Assembly: GCA_050084985.1 (NCBI GenBank)
Contig: JBITNC010000002.1
Location: 34,162,001 to 34,226,000 of the forward strand
From: Nageia nagi
Taxonomy: Eukaryota; Plantae; Pinophyta
Direction of reading: 5' to 3'
Length of the DNA stretch: 64,000 bases
Both the position numbers and the translations under genes were made by a program. Positions within the stretch are counted from its first letter, which is position 1. The number at the start of each line of letters is the position of its first letter. A model generated the notes under the pieces. The model saw only the letters and a program-made list of their open reading frames with translations. It was not told the DNA's origin and searched no databases. Below are positions 38,112-53,564 of the stretch, in pieces.

Positions 38112-38300
38112 TTTTTTTTTTTTTTTTATCAAATTCACCCAAGATTTCAGCTAGCTAGGATATCTTTTTCATTGAATTCACCTAGGACTTACCTAACGTG
38201 ATCGTACCTATATGCATCAAGACTAAGTAGGAGAGATTTGAACTTGACCTCTTTCATGAGAGATTTAAAAGTATAATATTTAGGCTTGGTATCCTTGTTT
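38112..38300 (-). mobile_element. Probable tRNA-derived SINE; duplicate at ~61392-61570
   Basis: Minus-strand B-box-like gaggtcaaGTTCAAATCtc at ~38233-38251 and a poly(A) tail (T run 38112-38128); ~190 bp long. Confidence 0.5.
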
Positions 38301-39690
38301 AAACCATTTTTTTAATAAAATATTTGCTAGAACACATATATCAATTAGTTAAATGTAAGAAACAAGTACTTTTAAATAAATAAATAAATAAATAAATAAA
38401 AAGGGAAAACATTTAGACCTATGCAAACATAATTTAAAATAATATTAGAAAGAAATTACTTATAAATGTTACAATTGAATCTTAAATTGATATAAATAAT
38501 TAGAAGTGTTATTTCAAAAAAAAAAAAAAAATTCCCTTATAAACATGGAAGATACATTATAAATAATAATATTACTCAAAAGAATATTTTCTCTATAGAG
38601 GATATTAAGAAGCTACCAAAAGGTAAGACCAAAGACATTGAAAGATATAAAATAAAAATTAATAAAAAAATAGAAGCTCTACCCTTCCCCCTTACATCTA
38701 AACCCTTTTCAACATCTCTCTTAAAGAAGATTTTGTCAAGGTCATGTGTAAGGAAATTTGACGAAACAAAATAAATAAATTAATGGTGAAATTTTTGAAA
38801 TTTTAGCAATTTTATCCAAAAATACTTCAAAACTAATGGTAATAATATAATTTTTAAAGAATTGATTTATAAAAAATTATCTGCTTGATATCATTTTCTA
38901 GGTTACTTCAAAATTTTAGTTTAAAATTTATAATTTAACTAAAATAATATTTTCAAATAAAGATTACAATAGAAACCATATGTTTTACATTCTTTACAAT
39001 TGGATATGAATCCATTGCTTAATGTATAATACCTAAAAAAATATTTACAAACACCTTGAGATTACTGTTGTCATTGATAATAGGAAAAAGATTCCTAACA
39101 CCTTGAGATTAAGCACCTAGACTCTTTCGGGGAGAATGGTTGGAGATTTGAGAATATAACTCCTTGCTTCTCTCTTTGCACCAGTGAGTCATAGCAAAGT
39201 TGTGCTCAAAACTATGGACCCCCAATCGTGTCTCAACTTAAATTCCAAATGTTTGTTGAGTTGTTCATATTCAAATATTAGTTTTACAAAATAACATTTG
39301 AAACAAATGAAGTATTAATTTCTAAACCACAAATTGAAATGCTTACACTATGAGTGCAGGCAAAGGGAGGTTAGAAGGCTAAGGTGAAGGGAAGAAACTC
39401 CTTCATATATTAGAAAGGATTCTAAATACATATTCAAGAAAATTCTAATAGTACACAAAATTGGATAGATTTCATATTTGGAATTCTTTTTCAAAATATA
39501 ATGGAACTCCATTCTGTATTCACTATTCATCATTAGATGGATCTAAGTTAACTCTTGAACAATTGATAACTTGAATACAAATATGAAAACATATTAGCTC
39601 TTTAGAGAAAATTTTTTATTCATTAAAATATGTGAAATATCTTTTAACATGCTTAAAATATCATTTTTGCCTAGATGTTAGGTACAACTA

Positions 39691-42600
39691 CACTAAATAT
39701 CAGAAGATGATCATCTGCTAAGCATAGAGATAAGCATCTACTTCTACCAAGATGAATATTTGGTTATAATGAAGATAAGCATATGGTCCTTATCAAGATG
39801 AACATTTCTTCCTTATCAAGATGAGAAACTTCTCATTATTGAATACTTATCATTGAGATGATCTCTCCCTTATGAGCATACGTGTATCTTCATATTGAGT
39901 AGATATATATATATCCTTTCATTCTATTCTTTTTGTAACTTTTCCAACATCTTTCTGAATACAATAATATCATCCTTTGTAACTCACTTCTCCAATGGTG
40001 AACATCCTATTCCTTCAAAATAATACTCAATTAAAAATATCATGATCAACACTTTTTTATAACTTTTTCTAACTGTCAGTTATGATATATCATGGGTAGG
40101 GGATTCTAGTCTTCTTAGAATTGCATTCATGAGAACATTTAAGATTGATCTTGACTTGATGGGAATGATTACTTCCATATATAACTATAAAATATATGAT
40201 ATTTTTATTATTGTTAATGATCAAATCATTTCATTATCCTTTAAAGCATTTGATGTGCATAGGTTAATGGGTCTCCCCTACAAGGATTGTGAACCTATTA
40301 GTTCAAAATATCCCTTGTCAGATCCTAAAAAAATACATGAAGAATACATTTAAACTCTATATAGAGTTTCTGATAGGTGATTTTTCATAAATTCTATCTT
40401 AATATATTATTTAATACTTAGTTTCTATTATTACTTATTTTAAATTCAATTTTAAATTTTTTTATTTTCCTTTTGTATTTAACTATAATCTTGTTGGTTT
40501 GGGTTTGAAAACTACATGTGTATCCTACCCATGTTTAAAATTAGTTATCAAGTTTTTTCAAGCAAGGATAATTTTGTAAGGGCATTCATCAAACACTCTT
40601 TTCTATCAATCATATTATATTGTACAAGGCCTTATTTATTGAAAGAGATATGATTAGAGTTCTTTCATTTATGAAAGAATTAGATCTAACCTTTGTAAGA
40701 ATATTTCTATAGTATCACCTCATAACTCTATTTCCTGTATAAATTATTTAGCTACATTTTTCTATGAAGCATATTATAGTTTGAAATAAATAAATTCTCC
40801 AATTATCATCCAAAGCTTAAAGAAGTTATATTTTCCAAGGAAGAAATACAAGTATTTTGAATTTTTTTATCATTAAGTTTTTAGTTTGGTATAGGAAATT
40901 CGAGCTAACATTTTGGATTATAGTTTTTTTGTAAAAAATAGTTCAAACTATGGCTTCATGGTGAAAAACTAATGTTAAAGGTCCTAAAGGATTATGGATA
41001 TGTTGAGTATGATACACTTGCTTCAGTACAAAAAAGTAAAAGAAAGAGGAAAATAAATGTAGTTTCATCTATGAATGATATACCCTCAACATTAGTCCAT
41101 ATTTTACATCATTATGCATATTTTAAAACTCTATCTGATGTTGAAGAAGTACAATAGTCACAACAACAACCAAAACCACAATAGTAGCCATTACCATAAT
41201 AGCAAAAACAACAAAACTAACAATAATAATAGCATGGTATTTATTTTAATCTCATCACTTGATAATTCAAATACTATTAATTATATCTAATGTATTCCTT
41301 CTTATGTGTGTTATGAAGAGAAATTACCAAAGTTATCAAAACTCCCCATGAGAGGAAAAAAATTTAGGGAAAAGAATCTTAATTTATTAATGCCACCAAG
41401 TTCAACCACTAGGAGGATGTGCAACCTAAACTCTAATTTGATTGTCCCCCCGTACCCCTCCCAAGTCTTCCTAATAATCCTAGTCTATATGTATGTGGGG
41501 TTTTACTTTTTCTGGTATAAGCACTCTATGTGATCCACCATTAGATAAAGATTTTTTTCTATAGGGCATGGCTCCATTGAGTTACAATCCAATTGATTTT
41601 ATGCAAAACCAAGAAGTTCAAGAGGTTCAAGTTACTTTGGTGAATGAATTTCATAATGGTAGTACTCCTTCACCTTCAACAATACCAGCATCAGGAAGTC
41701 ATCCTTTAATAGAGGATGAAAGTAGACATTTTGAATTAACTATATTGGTAACATGTCATCTAGAATAAATAATTAAAAAATCAATGTTGAAAGATATTAT
41801 GATAGCAAGGATGTGGGAAATTTGAGCTAAAGTTTTGTATATATTATTTTTAGCTTGATTTCCTAACTTTAGCAAGAGATCATATTATTTTTAGCCAATT
41901 AAAAATAAACCTAAAATGCTACATACTTTATTCAATAATTCACTTAGGTAAAACCAAAATCACCACTTTCTTAGCAGATAATGAATTAGATCTTATTTTG
42001 AATAAGTTAGAATATTTTAATATTGAAGTATACTCATATTTTAATTAATGAAATATTGACAAAGAAAAAGTTGAAACTGTAGAGACAAAAAAATAATTCT
42101 CAACTATATGCATAATTTGGGTCCTTACTAGAATCATTATTTGGAGTATTCTCTACCTAAAATTTGACTTATTCCAACTTTGAATTATCATTTATATAGT
42201 TATCAATTGATAGTTTAGGTATTTTTATCATCAGAAATATCTTCCTTCTCAAGTTGTTGAGGTTAAATATTTGTAGTATTTTTTGCATTGATAATTACTA
42301 TATCAAATTAAGATTTTACTTTCTTAATTTAAAAATATACATGAAAAAGATTGATAAGTAGTGCACTTGGAATTTATCAGTGTTCCCTTTCAAGTTGTTG
42401 AGGTTCAAGATTTGCAGTATTTTCTACATTGATAATTAATATATCAAATTCAAATATTAGTTTCATGATTTAAGTTAGTGTTTTCATGCTTGAAATTGAT
42501 TTAAAAGGTTTAATAACCTTTTTTTAGGAGAATTTAGGCCTCCCTTTCCATTACCCTTTGATGTCATTTTTCCTACTAAAATTAATATTAAATCAATAAT

Positions 42601-42995
42601 GATATATTTTAAATTAATTTAAAAAATACTTATTATGGTTTAAAATTACAATCACCTTATCTTATCATTTTTGCAAGGAATACTAGTCTTTAGTAATAAG
42701 TCATCTTCAATAACAATTCCCTCCTCTACAGAAATAAATCTAGCATCTGTAGAAGTAAGTAGAGCATCTGCAGAGATAAGTTGAGCATTTGTAGAAGCAA
42801 TTCAAGCCACTATAAAAATAAATCAAGCATATTCTATCATAAGTCAAGCATTTCATGATCTTATTGAGCATCTTAAATAACACGTTAAGTGTATTCAATA
42901 TCAAGTCAAGTATCTTCATTCACAAGTCAAGCATTTTTAGCCACAAGTCAAGCATCTTCATCTCTATGATAATATTCTAGAAAACAAAATTAGTG
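39691..42995. mobile_element. Possible decayed CACTA-like element with subterminal repeat arrays
   Basis: CACTAA at 39691 and TTAGTG ending 42995; 21-23-bp repeats near both ends (39700-39900, 42720-42965); internal coding debris with a CAA-rich tract. No matching TSD seen. Confidence 0.35.
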
Positions 42996-42999
42996 ATTA

Positions 43000-43330
43000 C
43001 CTTGATGATAAAAAATTAATAGCTAAAGGTAAATCTTATTTTAGAATTTAACCATTCAATAATAAATCCCATTTTCACTTTTGAAAATATTGTTGAAAAC
43101 TATCAAAATGATGGAGATCTATTTGTGTAGTTTGTGAATTTCAAAAATGCCTTTGATACTATCATCAAGCATCAAATTTTAAAGTCTATGATAAATTTAG
43201 AAATACCTTCTAAACTAAGATTTTTGATTACAATAATTATAAGTGAGTTCACAAAACTTAAAACTAATCAAGGGTGGTGTGAGGAAATTAATTATGTTTG
43301 CAAAAGTGAATTCAAAAACTAATTATATTG
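43000..43330 (+). mobile_element. RTE-type LINE reverse transcriptase fragment
   Basis: AKGKSYFR...PIFT...FVNFKNAFDTI is a decayed form of Q.GFR...FVDFKKAFD. Confidence 0.65.
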
Positions 43331-45049
43331 ATTGATTAAGTAACAAGTTATTAAATATATCCACAATTATGAAAGTAATAATGAATCATTAAATGAAAAA
43401 GTAAAAAAAATGCATTAAATATTTTTAACTAATGTAAAAACTAAAATGATGCTAAGAAGAGAAAAGTGTGATAATAAATTAAGTATGATGATTATGAATA
43501 TAAGATTAAAGAAGTAAAAGAGACATATGATAAACATATGATATTATAACTATATCATAGAATGAGATACTTTTAAAAGGTCACAAATATTATAAAAAAT
43601 ACAAATCACCCTATATTATATGCATTTACCAAAAATCTAAGTGATATTTAATATGGATTTGTATTAAAATACTTACTATTAATAAACAATTAATGCATTT
43701 ATTATATTATTATTATTATTAATTGTGTTTTAAAAGTTTATCTATACTACTTTAGGAAATAAAATGAACCCTATTAGCTGAATTCATATTATTCACCATA
43801 ATAACTAATAGTTCCATTATAAAGATATCCTCCGATAAGTTATGTTGAGTAATTCTTTTAGAATTATTATAATGTTTGATCTAAGTACTAGATTGAGTTA
43901 TATCTAATTATAAAAATAATTAATAGAAGAATTAGTATAGAAAAAATAAAAATAGATAGCATAACTAATGGAAACAAGAGTTAAAAGTATTTTTAATATA
44001 TTTTAGAGTTAGCGTTAAAACCAAAATAATAATTTATTAAAATTAGAATTATCATAATATTATTATCGATTAAAATAACTCAATAGGAAATATGATAATG
44101 ATCAAAGCTATGCAATTGATCTTAACCTATAAAAGTTAGATTAAATAAATATACAAATCTTTTACTTTAACTATTACAAGGATCATAAGAAATAAGTAAC
44201 CCAAATAGATTGGCGATGAACCTTTCCCATAAAGTGTGACCATCAATCCAACCTCTGTGAAGTGCTGTTGCTCAACATGGAGCATTTTCACTCAATGTCC
44301 TTTATTAGAAACCTTTAGATCCTTGGTTGTTATCGAGGATTTCTCCTTGAAGCTATGATTATTGTGCATGATGAATCATGTAGTATTCATAATATAACAA
44401 TATACAAATATGACAGGTGGCATTAACAAATATCGATTGAGAAAACCAATATATTTACCACCTATCATGTATTATGGATCATGTCATGATTTCTCATGCA
44501 TAATCCTTACACCTTTATATATAACATTTCTAGTGCTAAGGCTCCTCCTTGGGCTTATAATACATGAGTGCCAAGACTCCTTGAACTTATCTTTGGATCG
44601 ACCTATTATCATAAAATATAAAGGTAGTGAGTGTGTATAATCAAATGAGCATTAAATCACTTAAATAAATAAATCATTTCAATTACCTAAAAGGTGTATT
44701 TTCATTAAATTAAAATTCATTTTTAATTATTAATAGATGCCCTACTTTGAATATGATTTGATAGTTTTGAAATAAAAGGAAATCAAAGCATAATTCAAAG
44801 TATAACAAGATCAAGAGAATACTCTTTGAACTATATATTCATGGCAATGGTTATGGATGCCCAAATTTTCACCAATATTTTATACCCTCTTTGGCTTGGT
44901 TGCAATATAATTAACCTCTCGTAATAGGAGCAATATAAGATAAATATGAAGGAACCTACAATCAACTTAAAATAATATTTTTTTAACATATAATAGCTCA
45001 AATATAGACATTAAACATCATATCATATTTATAAATGAATTGTAAGAAA

Positions 45050-47990
45050 TTAAACCTTTCTTTGATGGCTTTCCCATCAAGATTATACTTTTCTCAAGTT
45101 AATAAGGACTTGGTATGTCACCATAAGGGATGAGGGATTGGTGTCACATTATAAGGTAAGAGAGATTTCATATTTTGAGTAAGTTAGGTGGCTTAATTAA
45201 ATAAGATGTTAGTAGTAAAGCAAGACATGATGGATGGTGGACATCTCATCACTACTCTCATCAAGGAATATAATTATAAATAAATGTACCAAAGTATTAT
45301 GATCCTTGATGGATGATGGACCTCTCATCACTACTTGAATCAATTATAAACATAGAAGCTAATGGGATTGATGGGTGATGGACCTCTCATCAAAAATCAT
45401 ATCAATCATCAAGCAACAACATTAATCATCTCATAAAACCTAACTTTAATGTACACCTCTTAATTGTATGTATTGGTTAAGAACAACTTCTTAAACATAT
45501 TAAGAATAATCATTCTCTTTGGTAGTTTGAGGTTGAATTACATCTGAATTTATCAAATATTGTCTCAAATATATGTCCATATATTGCCTTAAATATATAT
45601 CAATATATTACCTCAATAACAATTCTTATACTTGTTCTATAATCCCATAAAGCATAAGGTAATTATTCATGCCAACCTTTACCATGCATTAAAACAATTT
45701 TACAAAAGATACAAGATTTATAATTTTATTAGAAGATTTAGCTTAACCCATTACCTTGAGGATAATAAGGAGTATAAAATTTTCTTTCAATATGATATTT
45801 TTCACAAAATTATTTCACTTCATTACCTATAAAACTAGCACCATTTTCCATAGATAATTTATAGAGAACACCATATCTAGAAATAATATATTCAACAATA
45901 TTATCACCTTTTATCGATTATATATGAATAGGTTCTACCCATTTTGTAAATTATTCAATAGAAATTATTATAAACTTATGACCATCTCTAGAAATAGGAT
46001 TAAGTTTACCAAGAAAATCAAGTGCCCAAATAGATAAAGGCCACAAAGAAATAATAGAGTGCAATTTGTGTGAAGGTGAAGTTTAAAGTTTAGCATTATT
46101 TTGATATTGTTCACATTTCCTTACATGTAATTCACAATCTTCAAGCATACAAGACAAATAATAACCTAATCTAAGCATTTTTTGATAAATCAATTTATTA
46201 CTAAAATTACCCCACACTCACCATTATAAGCCTTGTGAAGATCCATTTCCAGTTCATTTCTCATTAAACATATAAGAAGAACACCCTTAAAATATTTTAT
46301 ATATAATAAATCACCATTAATAACATATTTTGAAGCCAACATTTAAAGCCTAATTCTTGCATTATGATCAAAATCATTAGGTATTATCCTATTCTTTAAA
46401 TAATCAAATATATATTTATACCATTCACACCCATTAATGCAAGTAGCAGAAAATAATGATCTTTAATAAATTCAATAACAACATATTCATGATAAGGTTT
46501 ATCTAAATTTTTAATTATGAGGATAGTATATTCATCTTTAATATTAATAGGAGAAAGAGAATCAACACTAGCCATAACATCAATGTACTTATTCTTATCT
46601 CTTGGAAGTTTATCAATTTGATATTCCCAAAAATACATGAGAATATCCATGATCATTTCCTTATATGGTTGCAATTTAGAATCTTTAACTTTTTATAACT
46701 AATTAACTTTTTTTAACATTAATTGAAAATCACCAAAGATCTTTATCTGGTGTACTTTCAAGAGTATAGATACTTTTAAGCCTAAAATTAAAGCTTCATG
46801 TTCAACCATATTGTTAGTATAATCAAAACTCAATGTATAAGACATAGGAATGACATCACCATAATGATTAATCAAAATAATTTTTGCTCTAGATCTAATC
46901 CTATATTTTGAACCATAAAAAATACTATTCCTCATTGTTAGCAAATCCATTGAACACTTCAAGGAAATCTGGCTCATGGTCTTAGTATCATTTCTTAGGT
47001 GGAGCATCATTGCTCATGATGCTTGAGGTTGTGTGCCTAACTCATGAATAAATTCTCCTTGCATCATAGAATATTTATTTTGAGGATGATTTATAATAAA
47101 GTCTTGATAGCTTGTCCCTTGGTCGAATTTTGGATGAAAAATACCAAGTCAAATTCTTGAAGCAACATTTTCCATTTTGTAGCTCTTCTAAATAAATATG
47201 ACTTAGACATCTTAAAATATCATCTTAAGCTATAATATATATTACATTTTTAGCATATAATGTCTAAGGTTTTTCATGGTAATAATAATAGACAAAAACA
47301 TCTTCTCAATAGATGTATATCTTATTTTATAATAAATTAACATTTTGCTAATGTAGTAGATAGCTCTTTCTTTACCTTTATCATCTTTTTGAGTAAACAT
47401 TACCCCTACACTTAATATGAATGAAACATAAAGAATACAATTTATTTTTGAATCATAAGGAGATAAAATGGGAGCATTAGAAAGATACCTCTTAACGTTG
47501 TCCAAATCTTGTTGACACTTTTCATCCCATGTAAACTTTTCATCCTTCTTTAGCAAATGAGAAAAAGGAGTAGTCATATTAGCTAGATGAGAATTAAATA
47601 TTCTTCTTTCTTGAGCCTTACCTTGAAGACTTATTAGATCCTTCAAATTTTATGGTGTAGGTATATCAATAATATATATAACTTTCTTAGGATGTACCTC
47701 AATTATTCTTCTTGAAATAATAAATCCATGCAATTTACTAGAAAAAACTCTAAATGCATATTTTTAAGGCTTTAATTTTAACTTACACTCTCTCATTCTT
47801 CGAAAAGTTATCCTCAAATCACAAATATGATCACCCTTCTCTCTAGATTTAGAAAGAATATAATAAATATAAATCTTAATAGTATTATAAATCATATTAT
47901 AAAACATGTATTTACCATATATTTTATAATATTAGATCCCAAATTCTTTAATCCAAAAGGCATGACCACCCAAAAACAATATCCCAATAA
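45050..47990 (-). mobile_element. Tat/Ogre-type gypsy remnant B (RT C-terminal part, RNase H, archaeal-type RNase H, integrase, 3' UTR repeats)
   Basis: VMPFGLKN (~47960); ORFs 47242..47646, 46699..47010 (TNNMVEHEALILGL, IFGD) and 46396..46674; WPLSIWALD (~46030); three gatggatgatggacctctcatca repeats at 45229-45392. Confidence 0.85.
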
Positions 47991-48904
47991 ATCAAATCAT
48001 CATCAATGTCTCTCATTGAGCTTAGCTACCATATTGGTAACTTGTTCAATGAGAGTACTTAATAGCTAACTTAATCCTTCTAACCATGAAACCACTACAA
48101 AATGAAGAATAGTAGTAGGAATAATATATCAATAAGAAGGGATAATAGGTGGAACATATGCAGGTTGATTAGGATTGACCCATGCCCCTATCCTATCCTA
48201 TGGAAAACCAAGAAAAACACCATGAGATGGTCTAATATCAAAGTAGTTTTATTTTTTATGTAACACAAACTCTACATGTAATTTCTTCAAAAGCTAGAAT
48301 GGCATATTACTACCATTTCCATGTGGCACCTAATCGAATACCATCCACCATCTATCCAAAAAATGATGAGCTATCTCAAGATGCGTACACCACCTAATGC
48401 TAATTCTTATTTTACGAGGTAGGATTGGCTAATTGGTTTTGGAGTTAATGAAGTACTTAGATATTGTTTGTTTAGTAATTTTTAGGTTATATATCTCCTT
48501 ATAGGAGGGAACATCCACATAAAACTATCTAGCCTCCTCTTGTTATGTACGATAATGATTAATACCCTCATCTAAGGACCTAACACTATCAACTATGGTC
48601 TGCATTATAGATACAAACCATGACATATGGGGGAAAAGATCCCTATAAGGAGTATGAAGTGCACTAATTATATATTATAAGACATTTATATTTTGAGTAA
48701 TATTTTCTCTAAGGCAATCCTCATATGATTCAAGGGGGATTTTCATGAGGTGGACCAAATGGTGCCTCTACGGGGTTCTTATCATATGGGCTATAGGATG
48801 GAGATTGGGGGTTTTCATGATGTGGAAGGGGTGGAGGTGGGGGATCCATGAAACCAAAAGGTATAACCTGTACACATTAACAATTTACTAAATATAAACC
48901 AAGG

Positions 48905-48981
<77 letters not shown>

Positions 48982-49272
48982 ATGAAATAATATGAGTAAG
49001 TGAATATACATAACCTAATGTATGAAAGCATAATTATGTCAAAAGGATATTCAATATGATAATGTTAAAAATAAATTATGTAAATATAAATGATATTCAA
49101 TATGATAATCCCTAATGCATTACAATATGTTAAATAATCCCTAACGCATTACAATAAGTCAAATAATCCCTAATTCATCATAGTATGTAAAATAATTAAT
49201 GTTCATCAAGTAATACATGTGTTATATATAAAATATTCTATAATTAACATCAAGTACTGCATCAACTATTCT

Positions 49273-50670
49273 TAACTAAACTATTTATACCTAGAAAAGG
49301 GGAATTTGTTAATACAAATATTTTTACCCTAGAAAATCTTAAGAAAAAACTATATCCCAACATTCAAGACACTTATATGTAGTTGGATTGAAGTTGACAA
49401 AAGGGTACATATTTTTATACGAAAAGGATACATAGTTCATGTTCATCTTAGTTTAACTAAACTATTTGTAGGAAAAGGGGAATTCGTCACAACAATCCCT
49501 TTTCATTGGAGCCTACAAATTTAAGGTCCACATGCATTCATTATGTTCTTCTTTCAAATATTTATGTTGAAGTGGGAACTTGGTATAATATTCAAAGAGT
49601 AACGACATTGATGAAGGATAGTAGAATCAAGAAGACACTTAGATGTAGTTAAGTTGAACTTGACAAAAGGGTACATATTTTTATATGAAATGGGTACAAT
49701 ATTCATGTTCTTCTTTTTTTTAAACTAAACTTTCTGTAGGAAAAAGGGAATTTGTTACAACAATCCCTTTTCATTGGAGTGTACAAATTTAAGGCCCACA
49801 TGCATGCATTGTGTTCTTATTTAAAATATTTATGTTGAAGTGGTCACTTGGGATAATATTCAAAGAGAAAGGACATTGATAAAAGATAGTGGAATCAAGA
49901 AGATACATAGATGTAGTTGGACTGAAGTTGACAAAAGTGTACATGTTTTAATAGGGAAAGGTACCTACAACATGTTTTTCTTTTTTTAATTAAACTATTT
50001 GTAGGAAAAGGGGAATTTTTTGCAATAATCCTTTTTTGTTGGAGCCTATATATTTAATATCCACATACATGCACTATTTTCTTCTTTCAAATATTTATGT
50101 TAAAAAAGGCACTTGGGATGATGTTCAAAGAGTAAGGACATTGATGAAGGATAGCGGAATCAAGAATACACCTAGACATAGTTGGATTAAAGGTGACCAA
50201 AGGGTACATGTTTTTATAGGAAAAGGTACCTACAAGATTGTTCTACTTTTTTAATTAAATTTTTTGTAGGAAAAGGGGAATTTATCTCAAAAATATTTTT
50301 TTATTGGAGCCTATAATTTTAAGATCCATATGCATCCATTATTTTTTTCATTCAAATACTTATGTTGAAGTAAGCACTTTGGATGATGTTGAAAGAGTAA
50401 TGATGTTGATGAAGGATAATGGAATTAAGAAGATACCTAGATGTAGTTGGATTGAAGTTTACAAAAGAATACATGTTTTTTTATAAGAAAAGGGTACAAT
50501 TCATGTTCTTCTTTTTTTAACTAAACTATTTGTAGGAAAAGGGGAATTTATCATATTTTTTTTTTTTGTTGGAGTCTAGAAATATTTATGTTGAAGTGGT
50601 AACTTGGGATAATGTTCAAAGAGTAAGAACAATGATGAAGGATAGTGGAATCAAGAAGATACCTAGATGC
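49273..50670 (+). repeat. PPR E/E+ fragment tandem array, copy 2 (4 full + 2 partial units)
   Basis: Units start at ~49273, 49455, 49722, 49988, 50253 and 50518. ORFs 50036..50254 and 50304..50486 show the E-domain motif. Confidence 0.9.
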
Positions 50671-50876
50671 ACTATAAACTAGCTTAGAGGTTGGGGAACC
50701 CTCAAAAGGTTCACCAAATTTAAAGAGTAACCTTGAATAATTCTCAAACCTCTACAAAGTGATTAAATTAGAAGCACAAAGGCTTTGCACAAACAAATAA
50801 AATCTCACCCTTCTCATTTTAAGATCGAGGCTTCAAATTAAACTAGCTTGGAGGTTGAATCCAACTCTAACTTAAA

Positions 50877-51262
50877 TAGTTGGATTCAAGTTGGCAAAAG
50901 GGTACATATTTTTCTCGTACAAGTCAATGTTGGGTTAAAGTTGGCAAAAGAATAAACGTTTTTCTTGCATGATATGACCAATCTTGGATTGAAGTTGACA
51001 AAAGGGTACATATTTTTATTGTATGAGCTAACTATGCTAGTTTGAAGTTGGTCAACAAGGGTAAATATTTTTCTTGTACGAGATGATCAATGTTTTATAT
51101 TGAAGTTTACAAAAGGGTACATATTTTTCTTTTACGAGCCAATGTTTGGTTGAGATTGAAAAAAGAGTAAATGTTTTTATTCTATACGTGATGATTAGTG
51201 TTGGATTGTTCATTTGAAAGAGGGTACTAATTTTTTTACGAGATGTAGTTCAATTGAAGTTA
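50877..51262 (+). repeat. PPR-derived ~50-57-bp minisatellite, copy 2
   Basis: Homologous to 25911-26300. Confidence 0.88.
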
Positions 51263-53488
51263 ACTAAAATATTAATTTTTTATGTAATTATTCATTTTAT
51301 TAATTAAACTAAACTATTTTATGAGCATGAAATGCAAGAAATTAAAGTACACTGCATGCTATTTGTTAAATTATTCATTTTTTAGAAGTTAAAAAATATG
51401 AAATATAAGATAAATTGAAAATTTATTAAAACACACCCAAAAAACTAAATTTTTAACTATTTTTGGAAATAAAACATAAGAGAAGCAAGAAATAGGATAC
51501 CTGAAGAGATGAAGGTGGTCATGTGATAGATGCAGGGAATAGGAGAATTGTGGTGAGCTAGAGCAAAATGAAATCATATTTCCCTAGCCTCCTTAGATCA
51601 AAGTCACATTTGCTGTAGGAGATAATGAGGGCTTGGGTCTATTTTCATAGGGTATGTATTTCCACAAAACAAAATTTCAATTCTTAAGAATAAAAGTTTT
51701 GCTTTTGAAAATGAAAATTTCATTCTTTAAGAATTAAAATTTTGTTTTTGGCACTGTACTCCAAACCAAAATAAATATTTGATTTTTAAATACTGAAATT
51801 TCATTTTTTTTGGTTTGGGAGGGAGAAGAAAATAAAATTTTGATCTTTAAAAATCAAAATTTCATTTTAGTTTTCTCTATTTTCTTAAGTGAATATGTCC
51901 ACCTTATGTGGACCCATCTTCTTGCACTTACCCATAAGAATCACTTAATTAGGTCATTCCCATCTCTAATGCTTTTGTATACATATCTCTTTATAATTCT
52001 CCCTTATGCATGAAATTAGGCTTCTTGGAAATTAAAGGAAGTTGTGTAATGAAAGCTAATATCTTTTGGATAGTTACATGACCTCCATAACTTAGTTATT
52101 CTTGAAATACTTATAACTTATTCAACTTTCAAAGAATACCTTCTGCTACATAAGAACTAGTGCTAGGATGTTTGCATAGGAATCTAAACAAAAAATAAGT
52201 ACAAACATATTTAAGTCTAAACCCAAGATCTTTAGTCATAACTCTAGAAGATCTCTACATTGGCACTTAGCAAAATGCCGACATTATTGTTTAGTATAGT
52301 TTTTTGGGTTATAATTAGGTCATGGCTTTCCAATTTAGGTCTTCAATAGGATCAACAGGTTATAGATTGGTCCATAGAATAAACATATCTAATAGAGTCT
52401 CTAAACTCCCATGGATGGAATAAAACCTATCTCCATGATCCACTAAAGTATTGCCACCTGATTATACAAGAATCCCAACATTGGCACTTACATCAACATT
52501 AGTGTTGGCCCTCCTTTCTTCTTATTGATTAAATTTTTGGATCACCATTATTCCTAGATAAAGTCTTGAAACATATTGGAGCTTGAGTGTTTGCCCCATA
52601 TTTTACAAAAGATTTCATGGAGTTGAAGTTTACCTAAATCAAACAAAATATTATCACTTATTAGCTTGATATTGAGAGGAGGATTGATAATAAATGTAGG
52701 CCACCAGCCCTTAGATTCCTTTTGAGTAGGGCTTTGCCCACTTTTCATGAATTTAGGCCACCACCCCAAGATTTGTGCTTCCTCAAGTGCTCCGTCAAGG
52801 ACTCTCATACTCTATTTGTATAATCTGACACTCTTCTAATCACCTTTAAATTTTTTTATCTTCTAATGTATTTTTAGTACTTATCATTGACTTTGTTTTG
52901 TTCCAATATCACTCTATTTCTCCAATTGGTTATAGTTATTGTTCTCTAAAGAGATAACTTTATTGGGATAATGTTGAAAATGAATTCAAATATCCTAAAA
53001 GTCACATTATAATAATCAATACAAATGCAAGTTAAATAAAAAATTAAACATCATATATAAAAATAAATTTAATAAAAATTATTTTTGTTATTTTTATATG
53101 ACACAATAACATAGGATACCAATATCACATAAAATACTTTTTATTTTTATATGATAAAATAACACAAATTACATAAAATATTTTTTAATTTCTATATGAT
53201 AGAATAACATAGACTAATATATATATATATTAAAGATAACAAGTAAATTAATAAAAATAAATATATAACATAAACTTTAATTTAAAAATATATATTTTTT
53301 AAGAATTTATGGATAGGAGAGTTTGAGAGGTAGGTAGTTCAAAGCTTTCGGATACAATTGAAATATACCTAAAATTCTATCAAGTTGATGGTAGATGCAG
53401 ATGAGGCCTGGTGGATTTTGATGACATAGATGCCCCTTAATGGAGACTCTAAATTCAAGAGTTCATGATAGCCTATATCAAAAGATAA

Positions 53489-53564
<76 letters not shown>

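Larger units (their letters stand above)
23245..40203 (+). repeat. Segmental duplication, copy 1
   Basis: Collinear with ~47990-64000 at an offset of ~24-25 kb, including the PPR-fragment arrays, promoter, MYB gene and downstream region. Confidence 0.95.
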
